Source: Octopus vulgaris (lineage: Eukaryota). From it: a stretch of 64,000 bases of DNA. The DNA is taken from positions 90,644,001 to 90,708,000 of the forward strand of contig OX597823.1 in NCBI GenBank assembly GCA_951406725.2, written 5' to 3'. How positions within the stretch are numbered: the stretch's first letter is position 1; every line of letters begins with the position of its first letter. Made by a program: the position numbers and the translations under genes. Positions 50,662 to 63,775 of the stretch are shown here, piece after piece. Under the pieces are notes generated by a model that was not told the origin of the DNA, made no database searches, and worked only from the letters and a program-made list of their open reading frames with translations.

Positions 50662-50944
50662 TATGGAGATATACTTGCATAGCAAGTGACCTGATCTGAG
50701 ATCGTGTGCTGAAACAAAAACAATTGCAGTGTGGAAGGTGTTTATAAGTCATTTAAGAAAACATACACACAGGGTCGGCCAAAAGTCACCTTACAGTAAA
50801 TCAAAACCATTTAACTCCAAGATTAAAACAAAAAATTATTTTATATGAAACTTTGTTAATAAATTGACAAATGTTGAAAAAAAAAAGTGATTTTAACTCA
50901 GAGCATTCAATTAAAAAATATTCATAATTGGAATGAATAAATGT

Positions 50945-50974
<30 letters not shown>

Positions 50975-50975
<1 letters not shown>

Positions 50976-51357
50976 GGTGCAGGAGTGGCTGTGTGGTAAT
51001 TAGTTTGCTAACCAACCACATGGTTCCGGGTTCAGTCCCACTGCGTGGCATCTTGGTGTCTTCTGCTATAGCCCTGGGCTGACCAATGCCTTGTAAGTGG
51101 ATTTGGTAGACGGAAACTGAAAGAAGCCTGTCGTATATATGTATGTGCGTGTGTTTGTGTGTCTGTGTTTGTCCCCCTAGCATTGTTTGACAACCGATGC
51201 TAGTGTGTTTACGTCCCTGTCACTTAGCGGTTCAGCAAAAAGAGACTGATAGAATAAGTACTGGGCTTACAAAGAATAAGGTCCCGGTGTCGATTTGCTC
51301 GACTAAAGGCAGTGCTCCAGCATGGCCACAGTCAAATGACTGAAACAAGTAAAAGAA
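50975..51357 (+). mobile_element. SINE family A, full length
   Basis: As above; starts directly after (TA)n. Confidence 0.85.
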
Positions 51358-52676
51358 AATTGAGGTATTGTTTTGCAACTGGATGCCCTTCCTGTCACTA
51401 ACCTTTCTCTGCTTTCAAAAGAGGGGATTTTCAAATGTGTGAAATGGCATAAACAATGCTGCTTGTGGACAGCAAATTTCGTAGAACATGCAAATGTAAA
51501 GCATTCACACACACTCTTAATTATGTATACGTATATGCATGTGTGTGTGAGGTTTTATATATCTCAATCTGTACATCCAACAAGTAACTAAATCTATAAA
51601 TGTATAAACAAGACATATAATGCATACATACAAACTCACACATACATGATCATATACATACACACGTATGTTTATATTTCCTTATATATATGCACATACA
51701 CATGTATATGTATGATATATATCTATATCAATCTATCTATATATCTATATATATATATATATATAATGTATACACTTACACACATACAGGTATATCTATC
51801 TATCTATATATATATATGTGTGTGTATGTATATATATATATCCATACACACACACATACATACAGAGGTATATATCTACATAGATATATATATATATTTA
51901 TAAATGTATACATACACATACATGTACTTACTAGTATTTTTGTATATGTCCACACACACACACACACATACACATACCTATATATAGAAACAAGCAGTCA
52001 GGAACACACACAGTGTCTGATAAAGAATGACACATGGTGCACAGCCTTACTTGGTCACATGCATACGCACGCGTACAATCTTCAGAGAAATTGAAAAAGT
52101 AGATAAGCATATATTCGGAAACACACAGACACACACACATATAGATAGATAGATAGATAGATATATATAGATAGATAGATACACACACCCACACACACAC
52201 ATGCATCAAATCAAATTTCCTCCTGGAGTAAAGGATTTACTCTGTAGTAAATACATTAGCCAGTCCCGAATTTTATAGCAAAACTACTAAACTAAAAGTG
52301 AAAGTAACCGGCCTAGCTCTGTTTGCATCTGCAATCTGGTTATGTTAAACCAATAAACCGGGAAGATGTCAAAAGGATTAGCACCAATTTCCTCTTTACC
52401 GATTCTTTCGCTTCTCTCTTTCTCTCCTCTCTCTTTTGCGTTGTGAACTAAATCAGGACATTAAAAATGTTTTCGGTAATAAAACCAGAAGTAATAAAAA
52501 TAAATGCATAAATGAATAAAATTATAAAACAAAAATAAAGCATGATGCCGTTGTAAACAACAGAGATATATATGTTGGAATATCAGAAGAATTTTTGAAA
52601 TTATTCCAGAAGTTCCTTTGAAACAAGAGTCATGTACACAACCCCAAGTTTATTTCAAGATTTATATTATTAGAAA

Positions 52677-53015
52677 AGCAGTGAGCAGGCAGAATTTTGA
52701 GCATGCTGGACAGATTGTTTAATAGCATTTCATCTGGCTTTACATTCAGAATTGAGATTCCATGAAGGTCAGCTTTGCCTTTCATCCTTTTGGGGGTTGA
52801 TAAAATTAGTACCAGTTGAATACTGGGGTTGATCTAATTGACTAAGCACCTCCCTGAAATTGCTGGCCTTGTGCTAAAATTTAGAACTATCAATATTATT
52901 ATAAGACAGCGAGCTGGCAGAATCATTATGGCAAGGGTAGAGTGCTTAATGGCCTTTCATTCATCAGTTTTGATTTCAAATTCTGTTGAGTTTAATTTTT
53001 GACTTCCATCCTTTT
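52677..53015 (+). mobile_element. SINE family B copy plus partial second copy
   Basis: GCAGTGAGCAGGCAGAAT and GCGAGCTGGCAGAATC heads with shared core. Confidence 0.7.
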
Positions 53016-53029
53016 CGCTAAGGCAGAGC

Positions 53030-53066
<37 letters not shown>

Positions 53067-53067
53067 T

Positions 53068-53185
53068 ATTATTTCTTTATTGCCCACAAGGGGTTAAACA
53101 TAGAGGGGACAAACAAGGATAGACAAAGGGGTTAAGTCGATTACATCGACCCCAGTGTGTAACTGGTACTTTATTTATCGACCCC
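53068..53185 (-). mobile_element. SINE B core with an alternative 3' tail
   Basis: GTCGATTACATCGACCCCAGTG..GGTACTT core joined to a CCCTTGTGGGCAATAAAGAAAT tail (minus strand). Confidence 0.6.
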
Positions 53186-53315
53186 TGGGAGGTTAAGCAG
53201 TTGTGGTCAATGAAAAATGTGGTTGTAGAACCAATAATTGTCGGAGCCCTGGAAACAGAGAGTAAAAATCTTAAGAAGTACATGGAACAAATAGGGGCTG
53301 CAAAAAGGGTGGAGC
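53186..53315 (+). mobile_element. Internal RLE-retroposon fragment
   Basis: WEVKQLWSMKNVVVEPIIVGALETESKNLKKYMEQIGAA. Confidence 0.75.
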
Positions 53316-53573
53316 CGGCCGCCAACACTTTTTTCTGCAAAATAGGGGTAGCTTATCCTCTTCAGGCTATATTATTGGCATTATCCTGCATTTGAGAATT
53401 TAAAATCACTTCTTTAACTTTCTAAGACAACGCTTCTAAAGCAAACTTCGTTTGTTTGTTTATGTTCATCGTAATTTGAATTCAATAAAATAAAATAAGT
53501 TTTGCACTGGGGTCAGCGTAATTGTCTTCTCCACTTTCCCCTAAATTACTGGCTTTGTACCAAAATATGAAAC

Positions 53574-53606
<33 letters not shown>

Positions 53607-53619
53607 CATTATTATTATT

Positions 53620-53882
53620 GCCTTTGCACAGCTTCTAATGCTGGAGATGTACTACAGTGCCAGCTGCTCACTACCAGTGAACAAAGGTAACACCTTATTT
53701 TTTGAGCACCTTCCAGATTATTCGAGCAGTTCCAAGCAGTGCTGTTTTCTGCAAGTGCTCCGCCCTTATTGCAGCCCCTATTTGTTCCATGTACTTCAAG
53801 ATTTTTACTCACTGTTTCCAGGGCTCCAACAATTATTGGTAGTAACCACATTTTTCATCGACCACAACTGCTTAACCTCCCA
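53620..53882 (-). mobile_element. 3' fragment of RLE-type retroposon
   Basis: Reverse complement of 14200-14468; (ATT)n on both sides on the + strand. Confidence 0.8.
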
Positions 53883-53920
53883 TATTATTATCATTACTAT
53901 TATTATTATTATTACTATTA

Positions 53921-54292
53921 TTATTACCTCTGCCTTAGCGAAAGGCAGAGATATTGTTTTCAATCATGTTTGTTTGTTTGTCTGTGGACAAGATATCTCA
54001 AGAACCGCTGGATGGATCTAGATGAAACTTTCAGGGTTGTTTGGCCTCATGAGTGGCACGAACTGATGAGATTTGGGCATTGATCCGGTACAAGACAAGG
54101 ATTCTAGATTATATTTCCTGTTGTTTTTTACTTAATTTTTGAGAGCGGTCGGGTTCATTTTTATTATTCTCATTTGTGAGAGCAATTAAGTTTATTTCAG
54201 ATATTCTCATTTTAATAATCATTTCCATCTAATTGTTGAGAGGACGTTGATGTTGCCTTGGCAGAGGTCTGTGCTCTCTGAGTGCTCTTGTT
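53921..54292 (+). mobile_element. Helentron/DINE-1-like non-autonomous element
   Basis: 5' CCTCTGCC..GGCAGAG hairpin, (GTTT)n, 3' subterminal GGCAGAGG followed by a short stem-loop and TT. Confidence 0.6.
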
Positions 54293-54329
54293 GTTATTAT
54301 TATTATTATTATTATTATTACATAGTCAG

Positions 54330-54546
54330 AAGGCAGTGAGGTGGCAGAATTATTAGCATAGCGGACAAAATGCTCAATGGCATTTCATCCGTCTTTACAT
54401 TCTCAATTCAAATTCTGCCAAGGTTAACTTTGCCTTTCATCCTTTCAGGGTCCTTCAAAAAAAGTACCAGTTGAGCACTGGGGTCAATGTAACTGACTAG
54501 CCCTCTTCCCACCAAATTTTCAGGCGTTGTGCCTAAAGTAGAAAGC
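54330..54546 (+). mobile_element. SINE family B, full length
   Basis: Homologous to other copies; (ATT)n flanks. Confidence 0.8.
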
Positions 54547-54577
<31 letters not shown>

Positions 54578-55354
54578 GTGGTAGTAGTGGTGGTAGTGTA
54601 GTAGTAGTAGCAGTAGTAGCAGTAGTAGTAGTAGTAGTAGTAGTAACAGTAGTAGTAACAGTAGTAGCAATAGTAGTAGTAGTGGTAGTAGAAGTAGCAG
54701 TAGTAGTAGTGGTAGTAGAAGTAGCAGTAGTAGTAGTGGTAGTAGTAGTAATGGTAGTAGTACTAGTAGTAATGGTGGTAAGTAGTAGTAGTAGTAGTAG
54801 TGGTGGTGGTGGTAGTAGTATTTTCAATGTGGATAATAATGTTGTTGTTGTTTGCTAGAGAGTGAGGTTGTAGTTGTCAGCAACGATTAGCATTATTGTG
54901 AGTGTAATGTAGTTGGAGCATGAAGTTCCTGACCCCTAACCCAGTTACTTTATCAGCAAGAAGCCCTCACAATCAGATTACTACTGTTTCTGCTAATTCT
55001 TTACTAAATTGTAAGAATATCCATGAAGACAGGGCTTATCTCTACTGCTGTTGTTTAACCCTAGGTTAATACTTATTTGAGAAGGTCTCTAATGAAAGTT
55101 ATCTAGGCGTAGGAGTGGTTGTGTGGTAAGTAGCTTGCTTACCAACCACATGGTTCTGGGTTCAGTAGCATCCACCCTTAAGGGTTAGCCACATTTAGGT
55201 GGAAAATATACTTCACAATATTTTTATTGTTATTGCCTTTTTACATTATTCAATCCCACTCTATATTTGTATAGTATTGTCCTGTATGATCCCTAATCTT
55301 TCATATAAAACATTAGTGATTAATATAGAAAGGATTATTATTATTATTATTATT

Positions 55355-55905
55355 GAGTGAGAGAGCAGTGCACGTCATCAAAGTGACATTTGGGTACTAA
55401 TATATGAAGTCCAATATGCACTCACATGTACACTGATAAGGGTACACTAGGCACATGCATCACATGTGTGCAACATGATGATCTCATATCAAGATAAACA
55501 GCACATGGCCTTGCAGGTGGGATGCAGTTAGAATTTTCTTCAGGTTGAGTAGCCCATCCTGCTGAAAAGGTTCCTGAATAAGGTTTGTTTAAAGGATGAT
55601 GAATGAAACACTCATGTTTCTAGAGGTGAATTATTCAAACCCCAAAGAATTTCTTTCAATACATGGCTATTATGCTCCCCCATTATTTCTGCTCATGATC
55701 AGAGGTGCACATATCGCCAGCTACTAAGGGACATGCTCAACTGGTTATGGTCAAACAACTGACAAGCAACTGTGTGGTATTGAGCAGAATATTTGCTGTA
55801 GCCCATCTTTTATACCAAGACAAAACAATGTACATGATAACACTTCCAATCAGTTAAGATCAGAAGACATGAGACCCAATACTTGGTTGGTACAGCATCA
55901 GATCA
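55355..55905 (+). repeat. ~540-bp unclassified interspersed element, full copy (strand arbitrary)
   Basis: Colinear end-to-end with 60635-61168; ATT-rich on both sides. Confidence 0.85.
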
Positions 55906-55930
55906 TTTATTATTTTTATTATTATTAAGC

Positions 55931-56250
55931 AGCAAAAAAATGAAGAGTACCATTGTTATCAAGTGAACGATATTTTGGCATCTAACATGCCTTCCACAGG
56001 TTCAAAAAGATAAACTTGTCAATTTACTTCATTTTTGGTAATAATTTATAGGATTGAGGTAACTCCCCCAGAAGGTATACAGAAGCAAAAAAAAGGAAGA
56101 GTGCCAATGAAGTAGATTGACAAGTTTATTTTTTGAACCTGTGGAAGGCACGTGAGATGCCGAAATATTGTTCACTTGATAACAATGGCACTATTCTTTT
56201 TTTGCTCCTGTATACCTTCTGGGGGAGTTACTTCAATCTTATAAAATATT
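55931..56250. repeat. Interleaved inverted repeats with a hammerhead-like motif
   Basis: 55931-56032 is the reverse complement of 56106-56207, and 56041-56105 of 56187-56250. Confidence 0.8.
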
Positions 56251-56286
56251 ATTATCATCATTCTCCTTCTTCTTCTTATTATTATT

Positions 56287-56850
56287 AAGGTGGTAAGCTG
56301 GCAGAGTTGTTGGCATGCTGGACGAAATGCTTAGCGGTATTTCACCCATTGCTACATTCTGAGTTCAAATTCCACTCAGGTCAAGTTTGCCTGTCATCCT
56401 CTCGGAATCGGTAAAATAAGTACCAGTGAAACACTGGGGTAATCGACCAGTCTCCTCCCCCAAAATTTCAGGCCTTTAGAAAGGATTATTTTTATTATTA
56501 TTATTATTATTATTAAGGTGGTGAGCTGGTAGAAACGTAAGCCTGTTGAAAATGGTGTCTAGTAGCTTTGTGTGAAAATAAAATAAGTACCAGTTGAATA
56601 CTAGGGTCAGTATGATTGACTATCTTCCCTCCCTTGAAATTTGAGGGGAGGGTGCTGGTCAAGAATTAAGTTAGCAAGCTGGCAGAATCATTGCCACATT
56701 GGGCAAGATGCTTAGCAGCATTTCTTCTGACCCTTATGTCCTGAGTTCAGATTCTGTCAAAGATGACTTTGCTTTTCGTCCTTTTTTGTGGTTGATAAAA
56801 TAAATTGCAGTTGAGCACTGGGGTCGATGTGATTGACTCACCCACTCCCT
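56287..56850 (+). mobile_element. Cluster of three family B SINEs (two near full, one deleted)
   Basis: AGCTGG(C/T)AGA heads near 56290, 56520 and 56675. Confidence 0.7.
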
Positions 56851-56859
56851 CAAACATCT

Positions 56860-57110
56860 AGTGTGAGGGGTTTTGGTAAACAGAAACTGAAAGAAGCCCA
56901 TCGTGTGTGTTTGTTTGTCCTCTTGCTATCCCTTGACAACCGGATTTGGTGTTTTTGTGTCCCCATAACTTAGTAGTTTGGCAAAAGAGACCAATAAAAT
57001 AAGTATCGGGATCTAAGAAAAAAGGAAGTACTGAAGTCGATATATTCAAGCAAAGATTCTCCAAGGCAGTGCCCCAGCATGGCCATAGTCTAACAACCGA
57101 AACATGAAAA
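56860..57110 (+). mobile_element. SINE family A, 3' part
   Basis: TTGGTAAACAGAAACTGAAAGAAGCCC..CCCAGCATGGCC. Confidence 0.7.
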
Positions 57111-57639
57111 AGGTGAGAGATGGAAAGATGTATACTAATGCCCCCCCCCTCCCTGCATATGATGGATTTTTATTTAATTTACTAGTTTCTGTTGCAACTA
57201 ATCCTGTTCCATATTTGATGACTGTTGGGATAAGTTTGTCCCTATATTTAACCCCTTTCCCCTAATTTCTGATGACTGATGACTTTTCTCTGATTGTTGT
57301 GAGATCCTTTGTGTCCTTTTTTTTTTGTTTCCCAAATTTGACTAAGAAGAAGGGCACATCCCCCACCATCCACCCAAAAAAAAAACAAAGAATGACACAG
57401 CTTCATTCTTAGTAAAACTGTACTTGGTTGACATGTGATGTGTCAGCAGTCTTTACCAAACAAGCAGCCAGGGGGGGAGGGCACTCACATCATCACCATA
57501 ATTATTATCATCATCATCATTGTAATTGCTCTTAGCAGCATCAACATTATTACTGTAATTAGTATCAAAATTACTATTATTATTATAATAATTATGATAA
57601 TTGATATCATTATCATAACAATTTATTATTTTTTTTCCC

Positions 57640-58116
57640 TTTCTTCTACTTTAGGAACAAGGCCTGAAATTTTGGGGGAGGTGACCAGTCGATTAGATCA
57701 ACCCCAGTATGTAACTGGTATTTAATTTATTGCTTCCCCTCCAAGGGATGAAAGGCAAAGTTGACCTCGGCAGAATTTGAACTCAGAACGTAAAGACAGA
57801 CAAAATACTGCTAAGCATTTCACCTGGCATGCTGATGATTCTGTCAGCTCACAGCCTTAATAATAATGATAATAATAATAATAATAATAATAATCTTTTC
57901 TACTCTAGGCACAAGGCCTGAAGTTTTGGGGAAGGAGACCAGTCTACTAGATTGACCCCAGTACATAATTGGTACTTAATTATTGACCCCCACCCCACCA
58001 AAAGGATGAAAAGCAAAGTCAACCTTGGCAGAATTTGAACTCAGAATGTAAAGACAGATGAAATACTGCTAAGCATTTCGCCTGGCGTGATAATGATTCT
58101 GCCAGCTCGCTACCTT
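57640..58116 (-). mobile_element. Two tandem family B SINEs (57640-57859, 57894-58116)
   Basis: Highly similar to each other, separated by (AAT)n. Confidence 0.8.
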
Positions 58117-58283
58117 AATAATAATAATTAATTATTAACACAATAATTGTTGCTTCCTCCCCTCTGCAGAGGATATTTTCTTATTGCTTTATTATTATTT
58201 TCATTAAGGCATTATTATTATTAATATAATTATCATTATCAATTAATTAATTAATGTTATATATATTATTATAATTCATTTGT

Positions 58284-58638
58284 ATGTGGTCGATGCCAGC
58301 CCTCACTCCACCCCGCCCCAACTGGCATGTAAAAAGCATCATCCAAACGTGGTTGATGCCAGCCCCCCTGCTCTGACTGGCTCCTGTGCTGGTGGCACGT
58401 AAAAAGCACCATCTGAACGAGACCGATGCTAGTGCCACCCGAATGGCTCCTGTGCCAGTGGGATGTAAAAAACACCCACTACACTCTCAGAGTGGTTGGC
58501 ATTAGGAAAGGCATCCAGCTGTAGAAACATTGCCAGATCAGATTGGAGCCTTGTGTGACCTCCTGGCTTGCCAGACCCCAGTCAAACCATCCAATGCATG
58601 CCAACATGGAAAATGGACATTAAAACAATGATGATGAT
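58284..58638 (+). mobile_element. RTE 3' UTR copy with (GAT)n tail
   Basis: Colinear with 40980-41278. Confidence 0.85.
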
Positions 58639-58874
58639 AATTTTAATAATACATTATTATTGTTCAAGGGACAAGACAGCGGAACCATTACTGTGCTGGA
58701 CAAAAGAGGCAAGCAACACATGGCTACTCATGAAAACCCCACAAAAAATCCACAAGTGCCCCGACCACTAGGGCAAAAGCCCTCTCTCCATCTTTCTCTT
58801 TCTTTCTCAGCCTTGGAAACTCAAAAGTGCTTGCATGGTAATAAATAATGATAATAATAATAATAATAATAGTT

Positions 58875-59162
58875 GTATGAACATGTATCAAACACTACCA
58901 AACTCTATCCCTGACACTTTCAGCTCAACAGGTGGAAGGCCGCATTCTCCATCCATATCACAGCCCCATGGAACAAGCTACCACAAGATGTCATTCGACT
59001 GCCCACCACACACCCCTGTTCAAAGAGGCTCTGGACAACTGTGGCAACAATGTATAAAACTGTATGTGACAATAACTGGGTTATTTTTGTTTTTTGTTTT
59101 TTACATGGCTTCAGCACATTGTACTCTTCTGCTGCCAATAAATTTGATTTGATTTGATTTGA
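58875..59162 (+). mobile_element. CR1/L2-like LINE 3' end
   Basis: FSIHITAPWNKLPQDVI (WNxLP motif), AATAAA and (TTTGA)n tail. Confidence 0.55.
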
Positions 59163-59164
59163 TA

Positions 59165-59535
59165 ATGACTTGGCAACCAATATTTGGTACATGCCCATCC
59201 AAACTGGAAAAAAATGTCAAGATGAACTGTTAAGATACCAATTACAAAATAAACAGGCACACCAAAAGTCATTGCAATCCATTCTGATGAAGAAATTGTC
59301 TGAAAAAAAAAGTAGGGAAGCTATCAAAATACAAGGAACTTGAAATTGAAACATTCAAGATGTGGTGCATGAGGGTGAAAATGGTACTACAAGTAATTGA
59401 AGCATTAGGAATGATTTTTAAAAAATGTGGCAAGGAATATGGAAGCCATAGCAGAGTTCACAACACTACACACTGCTTAAAAAAATAGCTCTGTTAGGAA
59501 CAACCCACATCTTGTACCAGATACTGTCAATCCAA
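59165..59535 (+). mobile_element. Highly decayed RLE-type retroposon fragment
   Basis: IWYMPIQT..KLSKYKELEIETFKMW..ALGMI..KIALLGTTHIL across frames. Confidence 0.65.
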
Positions 59536-59907
59536 TGGCTCAAACAGAACACTCCTCACACAACAAACACACACTTTACACAAGAAGCATTAAATAATCT
59601 AAAACAACCAAATTCACACAACGTAACCAAGATGAAGACCCATTAAAACAACATGACTCACATTCCTTTCACCACCAGGTAAAACAGAACAAACACTAAT
59701 AGAACGAGAAAGAAGGAAGTAAATCTCATGAGAAAAACAAATTGGTGCAGTCAACCAACAGAAGGAGTCTACTCTCTCTCCAATCGCAACAAAAATAAGA
59801 ACTCAATACTGTGCATACACTTCAGGAAGATGGCGGTGCAGCAGGTGGGGTAGTTGAAATGCACAAGAAACTGCAGAAGAAAAAACATTATTATCATAAT
59901 TATCATT

Positions 59908-60125
59908 AAGGTGGCAAGATGACAGAATCGTTAGCACACCTGGCAAAATGCTTAGCAGCATTTCAGTTGTCTCTACATCCTGAGTTCAAACTCTGCTGAG
60001 GTTGACTATGACTTTCATCCTTTCAGGGGTGGTGAAATAAGTACCAGTTATGCACTGAGGTTGATGTAACTGACTAACCCCTTCTCCTGAAACTACTGGC
60101 ATTGGATCAAAATATGGAATCCCTA
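59908..60125 (+). mobile_element. SINE family B (another partial at 60470-60618)
   Basis: Homologous to other family B copies. Confidence 0.75.
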
Positions 60126-60634
60126 TTATCATCATCCAACAGAATTATTAGCATTTTGTCCATCTTAAATGGGGCTGGCCAACCCAAGTCCCATGAGCCA
60201 CATGTGGCCTGCAGGCTTTTATCTTGCAGCCTGCTTGATACTTTCTTGAAGTATTGTGTTTAATTTCAAAATAAAATTTTTGTGTAAAACATTTGTTCTA
60301 AAATAAATTTAAAATTTGAAAATTTCAATAAAGCAATAGCCTACAATTTAATCATTTTAAACAAACGAAAAACATGAAAAACTCTTCATTCTGTAATTTG
60401 ATTATTTGACTAAAGTATGCAAGCGGCCCTCAAAAAACTGTGATTTAAGTGACAGCCAGAACCAATCTTTAAATTCTGAGTTCAAATTCCATTGAGGTTA
60501 TCTTTGCCTTTATCCTTCCAGGGATGATAAAATATGTACCAATGAAGCATTGATGCTGATGGAACCAACTGATACCTTTCCCTGAACTTGCTGGCCTGGT
60601 GCCAAAATTTGAAACCCTTATTATTATTATTATT

Positions 60635-61167
60635 CTGAGAGAGAGCAGTGCATGCCATCAAAGTGACACTAGGGTAAAATATACGAAGCTCAGTATACCC
60701 ATCATGACTACCCGTCTGACAAGGTTACACCAGGTACTTGCATGGTGATCTCATATCAAGATAAACAGCACATGACCTTACAGGTGGGACCCAGTTAGAA
60801 TTTTGTTCTGGTCGAGTAGCCTATTGCACTCAAAAGGTTCCTGAATAAGGATTGTTTAAGGATGATGAACGAAACACCCATGTTTCCGAAGGTGAATTAT
60901 TCAAACCTCTAAGAATTCTTTTCAACACATGGCTATGATGCTCTCCCACTACTTCTGCTCATGATCAGAGATGCACATATCGTCAGCCACTAAGGGACAT
61001 GCTCAACTGGTTAAGGCCACACAACTGACAAGCAAATCTGTGGTATTGAGCAGAATATTTGCTGTAGCCCATCTTTTATACCAAGACAAAACAATGTACA
61101 TGGTAACGCTTCCAATCAGTTAAGATCAGAAGCCATGAGAGCCACTGCCTGGTACTGCATCAGGGCA

Positions 61168-61168
<1 letters not shown>
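60635..61168 (+). repeat. ~540-bp unclassified interspersed element, full copy (strand arbitrary)
   Basis: Colinear with 55355-55905; (ATT)n flanks. Confidence 0.85.
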
Positions 61169-61206
<38 letters not shown>

Positions 61207-61209
61207 GTT

Positions 61210-61670
61210 TTACTTCTCAGAATGTTCAGTCTTGTTTGTTCTGGTAGATTCTGTGAGAGCAGACAGCAGCCTGCTGCCAGAGGTCTCATGGCATCTCTTT
61301 CTGCATATTATAAGCTTTGATACTTGGTTGTTATTTATCGTAGAAGACATTCAACATCCAAGTACCATTCTCAAATCCTAGCTGTCCCTAACAGAGCAGT
61401 TTTGGGGGCTTGCTCTGCTCCCATTCCAATTCTGATTTCTCTGACACATTTCTCAGATTTCGTTGTTAATGTTACGAGTGCCCCTACAACTTACTAAAAT
61501 GATAAATACTCTCCTCATAGTCCACATTCTTGCAATTTCGTCTTTTAGTAGTCTGTACTTTTCAATCTTTTCTAGTTCTTTGTAACTTATGCATGCTTCT
61601 CCAGGTATTGCAATATCTATGATCTTGCTTTCCTTTTTTCCTTTATCTATCACAACATTACTGGTCTCCG
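61210..61670 (-). mobile_element. 3' fragment of RLE-type retroposon, distinct subfamily
   Basis: IDKGKKESKIIDIAIPGE..KELEKIEKYRLLKDEIARMW..KTALLGTARI; followed on its own strand by (AAT)n. Confidence 0.75.
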
Positions 61671-61704
61671 AGCCTCAATTAGGGAGTCACATTGGATTGC
61701 AAAT

Positions 61705-61744
<40 letters not shown>

Positions 61745-61751
61745 GCTGCTG

Positions 61752-61790
<39 letters not shown>

Positions 61791-63404
61791 TTACTACTAC
61801 TACTACTACTACTACTACTACAAGACAATGTAAATTGAAATATAAACCTCAAATCAACCCAAGGATGATGGCAAGACAAATTTAAAATCTCATTTAAAAA
61901 AAAAAATCATATTTGTTGCTTTAATAATCGTAATTATTTTAATTAATACAGTGTTATTCATGTTGTTGTTGTTGTTGTTGCTGCTGTTGTCATTGTTGTC
62001 AGCAGTAACCAGTGTAGTGGCAGTAATTGTAACAACAGCAGTTGTAGTAGAATTAGTAGTAGTAGTAGCCGTTTCACCCAAGGCCAATCCTGATTCCTGA
62101 TCTAGGAGACTTGGGATCAAAGGCACTCCAAGCCATGCCCACCCTGCCCTATTCCCTACATGCCATGAATCCAGAGTGACATCAATCAAAGTATCCTTTT
62201 TGCTTTTGCAACACAGTGAGAGATAATTTCAAGGACATTTGGCTGCTGCTATTTATAGCATTTCAAATGACAGCATGGAGATTTCCTTAGTGGCTTGTGA
62301 TTGTATGATAAAAGGTGAGGGTGGTATCTATAGTGGTGGTGGTGGTGGTGGTGGTGTTGGCAGTAAAAGAGGCAGAAAAAGGGTAGCGAGGGGTGTGGGT
62401 AAGAAGACAGATTGTTCCTTTAACTGGCACCCTTTATAACCCTTCTTTCTTTCTCATCCCCTCTACAGATGAACAGATGACCTCCACTCCCAACCCCACA
62501 GAAGGGAGCAAGGGAACAACACCCAGCCTACCAAATTCACTGAATTCCAAAGTCTTAAAGTCTGTTGGAGAAGGGGGAGGCAGCCAAAGAGGAGGGGGAA
62601 GAGGAACAACTTCCACTCCCCCACCTCCTCCCCAGTCTTTTTCCCCACCCTGCCGGGCCATTTCTAGTTCATCTATTCCCTTGTCTTTTTTCTATCCTCA
62701 CCCCGCCCCACATAACTTGCTTCCCTTCACATCCTGGAATTGTCTGATGTTACTTTGAAATTCTTCCAGTGAAAGCCTACGGGGGGGGGGTGTTTGTGGG
62801 GGTGTTGTGAGGCTGGAGTGTGAGGGAGGGGACAAAAGTGTGTGGGTGGAGGGAGTTGGGGCAAGAAGGCAGCGGGGGGGGGGGGTAAGAGTTCAGTGAT
62901 GTGTGTATGTGACTGAGCAAGTGTGAGTGACTAGTGAGAGTGTCTTAATGAGTGTAAGTATGATTGAACAAGTGTGAGTGCTACTTAGCAAGAGTGAGTG
63001 TGACTGAAGGAGTGTGAGTGTGTATCAGTGAATGTGACTGAGTGTTTCTCAGTGAGTGTGACTTAGTGTGACAGTGACCAAGTGAGCATGAGTGAGACCA
63101 AATGAGTATGAGTGACTTTCCTTTTGAATGAAAATCCTAAAGAGCAGAGGTCCCATGTCAGGAAAGCCAGTGGTACAGGAAGGAGATTTGAATCTGCTTT
63201 GACCCTTGCAATGGTCAGAGGACAAACTATAAAGTAGGGTCCAAGGAAATGTTAAAAAATTTGGATGAAGAAGAATACCATTTTAACTATTTAGCATCAA
63301 GATCATTCTGCCAAATGATTATGTTTAATCATTCATAATATTTTTAATTAACCATGCATCAAAATTTTGATGATGTGATTGGGTATTTTTAGGATGACAT
63401 TGTA

Positions 63405-63775
63405 TGAGGGTGAGTGAAAAAGTAATGCCATTTTGTTTAGGACAAGTATAATTACCAGCACATCATCATCACTGGGCTATCATCTCTTTGGCCCCATGAA
63501 AGAGGGTTTGAGTGGCAAACATTATTCCAGTGATGAGGAAGTGAAGACTGTAGTGAAGAAGTGGCTCAAAGAACAGTCGACAGAATTTTATGGGGCAGGG
63601 ATACATGCTCTTATTCGAAGGTGGAACATTGCTATTGAGAGAAATGGTGACTATGTTGAGAAGTACGGATGTGATCCACAGAGGACCTGCTTCATTTTGA
63701 TGTATGATACATGTTCCTGTGTTGGTAATTATACCTGTCCTAAACAAAATGGCATTACTTTTTGACTCACCCTCG
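63405..63775 (+). mobile_element. Internally deleted mariner (MITE) with both TIRs
   Basis: ~53-bp TIRs (TGAGGGTGAGTGAAAAAGTAATGCC.../...GGCATTACTTTTTGACTCACCCTCG), TA on both sides; interior encodes YHLFGPMKEGLSGKHY..RW..IERNGDYVEK (transposase C-terminus). Confidence 0.92.

Noticed and set aside
52255-52500. Possible promoter (CCAAT, CCGGGAAG, a few CpGs)
   Set aside because: Motifs are short and no downstream gene is visible
58660-58830. Possible 3' end of another RLE-type element between TTA/TAA runs
   Set aside because: Peptide similarity is too weak to support
60170-60460. Possible hAT-like MITE; other lone TIR-like ends at ~2905, 16475, 27408 and 50770
   Set aside because: Matching second ends and TSDs could not be established
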